Positions 56,632 through 64,000 of a stretch of 64,000 bases of DNA are shown in pieces; position 1 is the stretch's first letter, and every line of letters starts with the position of its first letter. The translations under genes and the position numbers were made by a program. The stretch comes from Vermamoeba vermiformis. Lineage: Eukaryota. The notes beneath the pieces are model-generated. The model worked only from the letters and a program-made list of their open reading frames with translations. It was not told the DNA's origin and searched no databases. The stretch covers positions 310,001 to 374,000 of the forward strand of contig JBEWZL010000184.1 of NCBI GenBank assembly GCA_045837725.1, read 5' to 3'.

Positions 56632-58656
56632 TTAGACGGCAGATTGACTGGTGACCGTGCTTGTATGCGTATTGACCTCAGCGAGCGACTTGCGCGTCTG
56701 ACGACTCTTGGACGAGTTGTTCGATTTGTCCGTGGAGGAGTCACTGGCACCATTCTTGCGGAAGAAGATCAACGACTGCATCAAGTCGAGAGTATCCAAT
56801 ACTACGAAGATACATAACCAGATAGAACCGCGACCTGAAGGCGAGGACAGGCCGGTGATAACTACAGCAAGGAACAGTGCTGCATTAGCGATCAAACAGC
56901 ATCCAACACCGATAGCTCTGAATGTGATCTGTTGATATTCGCTAGTCAGTACTTTCATCAATAGAGGCAATTCTATACAAGAACTTACGCGTTCAAGTCG
57001 CTTCTTGGTGCTTTTTTTGCGTTTTAAAATGACGATGATTTTTCCTGCGGTCACCAAGTAGAATACGGCGAGACCAAGGGAGACTGCTGCGTTGAAAGAC
57101 CCGTTGGCTTGAGTCCAAACGGCTGTTGGCACCGCTACAGAATGTTAGTACAATTTAGAATATTTAATTTTTTCTTGCGGTTACGTACTAATTGGGTAAA
57201 CGGAAGCAATGGCACGGAGTGTTCCGAATGAGATCTCACAGCCAAACAACAGTCCGATAATGACGAAGAAAGGCACTTTAAATTTACCCACGAGTTGGTT
57301 GACATTGAGTGACATGCCGTGGATGACATCGTGCCTAAAAATAGCGATGTTAATGTCAAACCAAGAACCGGATGATAGTAGTTCAACTCTTAACTTACCA
57401 ATAGAAGGTGATGAGAATAGTGACGGTTAATGTGAACGGCTGCGACAAAGTCCATAATGCATGGCTAGCTGAATACGGGTAAATTTGCCGAGAAAACAGT
57501 GGATCCACTACAAGAAGATGGTTAAGACCAATAGTTACACGATAATATAGTGCCGCAATGTTACAAATGTATTAAATCTAAAAATACTCACCGGCAACGT
57601 AAACAAAACGAACTAAAAAAAAGTCGGTTAATAAAGACCCCCTCCTTGTTCATTTAAAGACTAGACTTACTTATATTTCCCGAGACGATCATCACCAAGC
57701 AAATAATAGGCAATTTTCGTCGTGTTCCGTGAGCCTTCAAGTTGAACACAAGGTTCACTGCACTAAATACAATCAAGAAAGCGGAGTAGGTGCCCAAAAA
57801 CGCCGAGAAGAATGGCATAAAGGTTTCGTTCCATATTAGCCAAGGATTATTGCCTAATTAAAATTGAATTTAGCAAAAGTTATGCATCGAAAATTAATCT
57901 CACAGAAGAGATTTTCTGAATTAAACACGAATTAAGTAGGCAGTTGTGCTTCTTACCTAGTGGGTCAACTGTCGCATTTACTGGAAAAGATCCGTTGGCT
58001 AATATTCCGGCAATTCGTGAAAAGTTCGCGTTCGAGATCTGCCAGGCACTTAAATTGATGTCGTCAAGAGATGTTCCGTCGAGGATAAAGTTGGCACTTC
58101 CGGGAGGTCGAGCTATAATAGAATCACTAATTAATACCGACTCAACATAATGGCAGATTGAGCGATGTCGTTGAAATTTCAGATTAATGATAAATAGCGC
58201 AACGGAAAGGCGGAGAATGACATTACAGTAGCAATGATATGATTTAACCCAAGGTACATGACGAGTTGTGTTTTAGGCAAAGAAAATCAATTTCAGTTGA
58301 AAAATAATTAATACTTACGGATATTAGCGTCGCTGATGATGACACCAAGTGCTCCTCGTGACTGCTGCGATCTGATCTGTGACATGTACATGCCACGGTC
58401 ATACGCCATTAGCACGAGCATGCCAGTGACATCCGGTGCTTTTTCGGAGACAATTAAGGCCGTGATAGTCTCGTTGCGGAAGTTGTTAGGGTAAATAATT
58501 GGAAAGGCGACGTAAGTGCCTGCAGCGGGTGACGAGTGAATGACGAGTGTGGCTTGAATACCAATTAAGCAAGCGAGTAGGAGTATAGCGAATGAACCTA
58601 AGTACAATTAGTCACGGATTTGAAACTCCAAAAATCCTACTTTTCAAATGCAGCAT
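56632..58656 (-). CDS. Signal peptide + protease-associated (PA)-like domain + ~7 TM membrane protein (GPCR-like)
   Basis: Signal LLLACLIGIQA; PA-like QQSRGALGVIISD; NPW hinge; TM helices with VDP..SR, LITFYWHD; Ser-rich cytoplasmic tail. Confidence 0.7.
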
Positions 58657-58803
58657 GGTGGCCGTTAGTGTATCTTCTGGGTATTGAAGATTAATGACGT
58701 CTTTCGTTCTTTTATATTTTACTGGGCTAATTTTGTCGTCCTACTAAAATAGCTATTCCTAATTTAGAATAATACCGTTTTGCGGCGTATACGGTCTAAC
58801 GGT

Positions 58804-59038
58804 CGGCTAATTATAACCGCGAGAAATTGTAGTATATAGTATAGTATATAGATTAAATTAATGTAAAAATAGAACCGGAAAATAGCCGAAGAGGTATTCG
58901 AAACCTGGATCCCAAGCAATTAATTTCTAAATTAGTGAATCATACAGTTTTGCTTGCAACGGCCGCTAATTATAACAGCGAGACATACCTCTGCATTAAG
59001 TTAATGCAAAAATAGAACCGGAAAATAGCCGAAGAGGT
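58804..59038. repeat. Imperfect direct repeat, two copies
   Basis: 31-bp identical core AAAAATAGAACCGGAAAATAGCCGAAGAGGT at 58865-58895 and 59008-59038, each preceded by GCTAATTATAAC.GCGAGA. Confidence 0.85.
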
Positions 59039-59354
59039 TGAAAATGTTAAATGGATTCAACTACAATATTCGTAACAACGAAATATTAGCCCGTCAAGAC
59101 TAGGGACTGTACTCCTCTTAGGTCTTTACGCGTATAAAATGAAAGTCGTCAGTACTCAATTATCGTTGTAATAAATAACATTACTCTGCTCTTTGGAGAT
59201 CAGATGAGAATTCTCTCGACGCGATCCAAATTTTTACTTCGCTGTACTCGCCGATATAAAACTTATCCAAGAGCTATCAAATTGAAAACGTCAATCAGAT
59301 AAATAACCCACTTCAAGAAAAAATTTTTTTATGTATTTACATTGCTACCCGCTA

Positions 59355-60122
59355 TTACAACTCGTCTTTCTCCTCCAAGGCATTCTTCTCGATAAAATCA
59401 ATCCAATATACATATCTCGATAAGAATTCTTCGGCCAAAATGTGCGGATCCTCTTCGTGCGATTTCAAGCGATAATCGATCAGATCCGACAATGACCAAA
59501 GCTACAGAATGAATATTAATATTTGAAATATCAATATTAAAGCTTAATAGTGCGTGTATTTCTTCGAATAATTAGCCTTCGTACTCTTCGAAGTCAGATC
59601 TCAAAAGTTGCATCTACTTACGGCTACATCCAGTTGTCTGTGGCCCTTGTTATAAATGTTCCATATCTCTTTGCTATGCTCGGCGTTAATATCATCGATA
59701 AATTCGCAGAATTTACTGCACACGACATCATCTTTCAATTTGTCAATACATCTCTCGTTACAATGACCTCGAAGATATTCTCCGAGTTCATATACATTCG
59801 TCGCTGAATAATATGACTATTAGTATTTATAAAATTATATAAGCTTGCTTTTACTATCTATTAACAAGTTGTAGAATTAATTTCGTGCTCTGGTCGAAAA
59901 ATAATATTCTTGAATAATTTCAAAAATTACCAAATATACTATCGTATAGTCTTTATGATATTTGATGATAATTTGTAGTATTATATTTTTTTTAAATATA
60001 CTAGGGAGGGAAATAATAATTGCACGATAAATCTTACGTTTTACGAGAGTTGGCGGTGCTTCTCTAGCGGCCACAATCACGATCCCAATAAATACAAATA
60101 GTGTTAATATGACCTTGTTCAT
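59355..60122 (-). CDS. Small ER-luminal protein (signal peptide, 4 Cys, C-terminal KDEL), ~140 aa
   Basis: Three exons join in frame: MNKVILTLFVFIGIVIVAA..., HCNERC..VVCSKFC, ends EKNALEEKDEL*. Confidence 0.75.
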
Positions 60123-60575
60123 TTTTGGTGTCACTTGCTCTGCTGTTTGAAACAATAAAAAAAATTTGCTGACGTGGATCTATTTATCCATGTCAAACAT
60201 CAGATTCTACGCAGTCACTACTATTAATATTAATAACAATCTCACCCAAAAAATACTACACATATGAATCTGGCTTCTATGTGCTGAACTTAAGTATTTT
60301 ATGTACAGAAACTCGGGGCAACAGCGGATCTCGAGCTAACTTAGGAAATGCAGTTGGTTGTATTAAAGTTCGATTTTATTAGGCATATACAGTGATTTGA
60401 ACAAATGGGTTAAAATTACGTGACGTTCTTTTTTTTTTTGGAACGCCATTTGAAAAACTAACTTTGTAATTTGAAATTATTACAGTCGATATAATATCGA
60501 TATTAATAAAGACACTTGAAAACTCGATTAAGAGTTCAATCGTTGACTTTTTGTTGACCAAGATCCAAAGAAAAT

Positions 60576-63416
60576 CTATTCGCTGGATGCGGATCCCGAC
60601 GGCGAATCGATAGTTTGTCCAGCGTCATCATTAGCGTTATTAATTTCAATTTGAGGAGCGCTGAGTTCAGCAGGCATTGGCGGCAATGGCGGGGCTGCAA
60701 AGGTAGGTGGCATGAACTCTTTGATGCGGTTCAGCGTTGACTCGATCGAAGTGAAGGTCTCGACCAACGTGTCATATTTTTGCTTCAAATCGTTCTTTTG
60801 CCTTCGCTCAGCTCGGATCTCTTGTTGCAACTTTTTGATCTTGCTTTTCAATTGTGAAACTTCATCGTCCTTTTCAGGCTTATCTTCCTTCTTTTCCTTG
60901 GCTTGGTTCAAGACCTCAGCTAAAAATATCAAAATTGTTAGTTTACCGTTCATGAAACAAATCAAAATCACGTGTCACGTACTCATCTTGGCCTTGTCCA
61001 TCGACGAGGCACGGAGTTCCAATGACGAGCCAGGTGAGCCGCTCAATTCAGTCTCTTCTTTAGCCGTGGCAAGCGCAGGTCCGCTATTGCTACCCGCGAG
61101 TTTAGAAGACGCTGCCAACGATTCTTTTTTAGTCGCAGAAATCGAAGACTTTCTCGTCATCTTGGAGCTGCTCGCTGATCGCTTCAACTTTGAGCGCTTG
61201 TCCTCAGTCTTTTCTTTCTTCTTCTCATCTTCGTGCTCGCTGCTCTCAGCCATGTCTTCAAGTGTCTGTGAACGACGGCCCTTCTTTTCACCAGTGCTGC
61301 CGTTGCTGCCTTGGCGGTGATGACCGCGTGAAGGCGAGTGATGAGGCGACGCTGCGGGGGTCGTTAGATAGCGTACTTTAAACTATCTGTCGAGACTTAC
61401 ATTCGCCTTCACGAACCAAATCAACTTGTGTCTTTGACGACCTCTTTGAGCCTGGAGGAGTCTCGCCTAAGCTCACTAAAAACACGCGTCAGAAAAACGT
61501 CGTAAAATCTTCCATCGATATTTTTCACGTACGTTTGGGCAGTTCTTGTGGCTGTCCCTTAAACTTTTCGTTCCACGTGTTAATAGTGCTCGTGACTGTC
61601 TGCAACCAGCCTGTCTTTTCTTTGAGTGACGAGCACGCGATCGTAAAGACCGCTTGACTGTTGTCTTGATCCAGACCTGTCACCTCGAAATAGTTCTTCT
61701 TTTCTGTAATAAGATTATCGTTAGTATATGGCCGACGGGTGCTATATATATGTACAATATGAGTACGTACTAGCATTATCGGGCTGATCTTGAACAGTCG
61801 AGTTATAGAATCTCAAAACTTCCTTGAATTGATATTTCTTCTTGTTAAGTTTTGTAAACAGAATCAAGTCGTTGAATAAAAACACGTGTCGCTCTTTTAA
61901 CTCTTGTTCCCTAAAAAGGAAATAAAGACCATTAATATTTTGTTCAAAATTTGTCCCGGTCACTTTATGACACTTACTTATCGTTGCTTGAATAGCCCGT
62001 CAAGGTCTGTTCTTTGACGTACCATCGATCGGCACTCATAATCTATTACCATATTTAGCAACGTCTTTAGGAACGTCTGTCAAGCGCAAACTTACGTCAA
62101 AACCGGTGAGTCGCTCGGTAACTTCGAGCATTTTGTTAAAGTTCTCTTGCAAGGCCGTTGATTTGTTAATGCTGTCAGCCACGTGCTTGACTTTTTCGAT
62201 CGTAGCTTCAATCTCAGGATAATCTGGGTGCGTCTTGGGTGTGTTTCTGAGAATTTCCTAACGGGCAAGTTGCGAGGTCAGTACTGCTAAGAAGAATAAC
62301 CATATATGGCTCATATTCTATATATAGTATGTGCCCGACACCTACTTGGAATAGCAGTGGGTATTTGCATAATCGTTGCACAGGCTTGATCAGATAATCT
62401 TTCAAAAATAGACCGTTGACTTCAGGCAATGCTGATTGTTTCTAACAATAGTAATAGCGGATTAATACGTTGTACTATTAACATAACCTTATTTGGAATC
62501 GATTGTACGTACCTCTAAGAACTGGCCGAATTCACGATATTTCTTTGCGCATCGAATTACTGAGTCGACTGCATTTTTGTGGTTTTGACAGTAAATAGTG
62601 TACATCTTTAAGAAATCGGCCTAGTATAAATATTATTAATAAATAACTCGCGGTTTGAGGAAAGATTTTGTTTTGAGGATCTGCTGATCAGGACAGTTTA
62701 CCAATCGATAAAAGACTGTGCCGACGCGTGAAGCACCAGCCAACTCTCCTCGTCCTAAGGACTTGCGTAGTGCTATATATAACTTCTCGTTGAATCCAAG
62801 AATAGCCTCGACGTTCTAATATTTTGAGGTTAATTTCCGTCAGTTAAGATATTACTAGATTTTTCAAGATTCATCAAATATAGCGGTCTTATTTGCTCGA
62901 AATCGTATAAAAATAATAATCATTCGTATTTACCGAGAAAATATTGTTGATTTCATCGGGTGGAATGAGTTGGTCGTTGTCTTCAATGGATTTACGAACT
63001 GGAGTCAAGAAAGTCTAGGAGAAGGGTTAATAAATGCGTGTTATATGTATTTATGATCATATTATGCGATTAAGTGTTGCGAATTGGCCATCAATTTAGA
63101 AGCAATTTAAAAATTGACGCAACAAAATGAATTTCATGAAGTCGCTTAGATCCGCTAAGATACTTACAGCAACGAGTGTTTTCAAGTCATTGACATAGCC
63201 CCACTCGGTAGCTAATAACTCTTGAATAATTTGAAATCGTTTTTCATACATTTTCTGATCCTCGGGAGTGCAGTTTTGCAAAAGTCGTTCAAGCTCTTCT
63301 TGCACGAGTTGAGACTCCGTCTTCGCTCCATCAGGTAGAGGAGCCCCAATAGTAGGTGCTGCGGGAATAGGGGTCGATAATTCTTCCGCTGATAATGATT
63401 TTGGTTCGTCTGCCAT
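60576..63416 (-). CDS. RhoGEF (DH-PH) with Ser/Lys-rich region and C-terminal coiled coil
   Basis: RFQIIQELLATEWGYVNDL, IFSNVE, YLIKPVQRLCKYPLL, HPDY; PH ERHVFLFNDLIL..EKTGW. Confidence 0.92.
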
Positions 63417-64000
63417 CTCGTTTTGATCGGATCCTGAGTGCTGTTCTGGAAGCAATTTCGAAATTTAATAATTGTAAAATTTATACTATTATCGTATATA
63501 TTTATAATAACGAAGTAACGACTGCTTAATACTGTGCTAAATAAAGTACAGCAATTTGGAATTTAGATCTTGATTGTGTATCAGTCAAGTGCATTTAAAT
63601 TTGTTATATATGATAATACATGTTCATAACATGTATAATTTAAGAATAGCTCTGTCTACTGAATGATTAGGGTCAACATCCAAATATTTAAATTTCTAAT
63701 TTCGTCTGGTAAAATTCCATTTGCACAAAATTAATCAGAAAAAATCCTAAAATCAATACTCTAATATGAATTTACAAGTTATTTCCTTTACGTGTGTACT
63801 TACTGAATGCGGTTAATTAACGGTAGCAAAATCCAAACAATTATTCCTCAGACAACAGAGCCAGTCGACAGTACAATAAACCCGTCTAAAATAATACGGA
63901 GGGTTATGTTCTTCAGGTCCTTCTCGAATGTAATTGACCGAGGGAACGGTGAAATTGTTTTATCTCCCGCGCGAGATTATTCAAGACGAATAAAATTTAA

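Noticed and set aside
58865-59038. 31-bp direct repeats as a CRISPR array
   Set aside because: Only two copies, a 112-bp spacer that is itself partly duplicated, eukaryotic context and no cas genes.

Overview
Gene-dense, intron-rich eukaryotic nuclear DNA, not prokaryotic. The gene content (TipA-type PP2C, WASP, DH-PH RhoGEFs, receptor TKL kinase, PA-domain 7TM) points to a free-living amoebozoan-like protist, but that is inference. By joining GT-AG introns (33 to ~300 nt) in frame by hand I support about 26 protein genes and one tRNA-Ser(GCU) nested in a WASP intron. Housekeeping genes: HSL-type lipase, flavin amine oxidase, mitochondrial TrpRS, ProRS, QNG1, EME1-like, UBE2T. Most notable observations: (1) a 12-bp palindrome TGACACGTGTCA recurring in introns and intergenic DNA far above chance; (2) two paralogous near-intronless LRR proteins with a C-terminal (inverted) F-box-like motif; (3) a bacterial-like DUF5696/GH101-129-type hydrolase rebuilt as a GPI-anchored protein, with an apparently circularly permuted inserted module; (4) unusual fusions (RhoGEF-pseudo-PP2C, PH-DC1-SPRY-F-box-Zn domain, Ubl-CARP, CUE/UIM-EME1); (5) a Ras-like GTPase lacking switch I/DxxG; (6) a few introns whose 5' ends echo the next exon. 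No CRISPR, rRNA or transposase seen. Domain calls come from motif recognition only; no searches were run.
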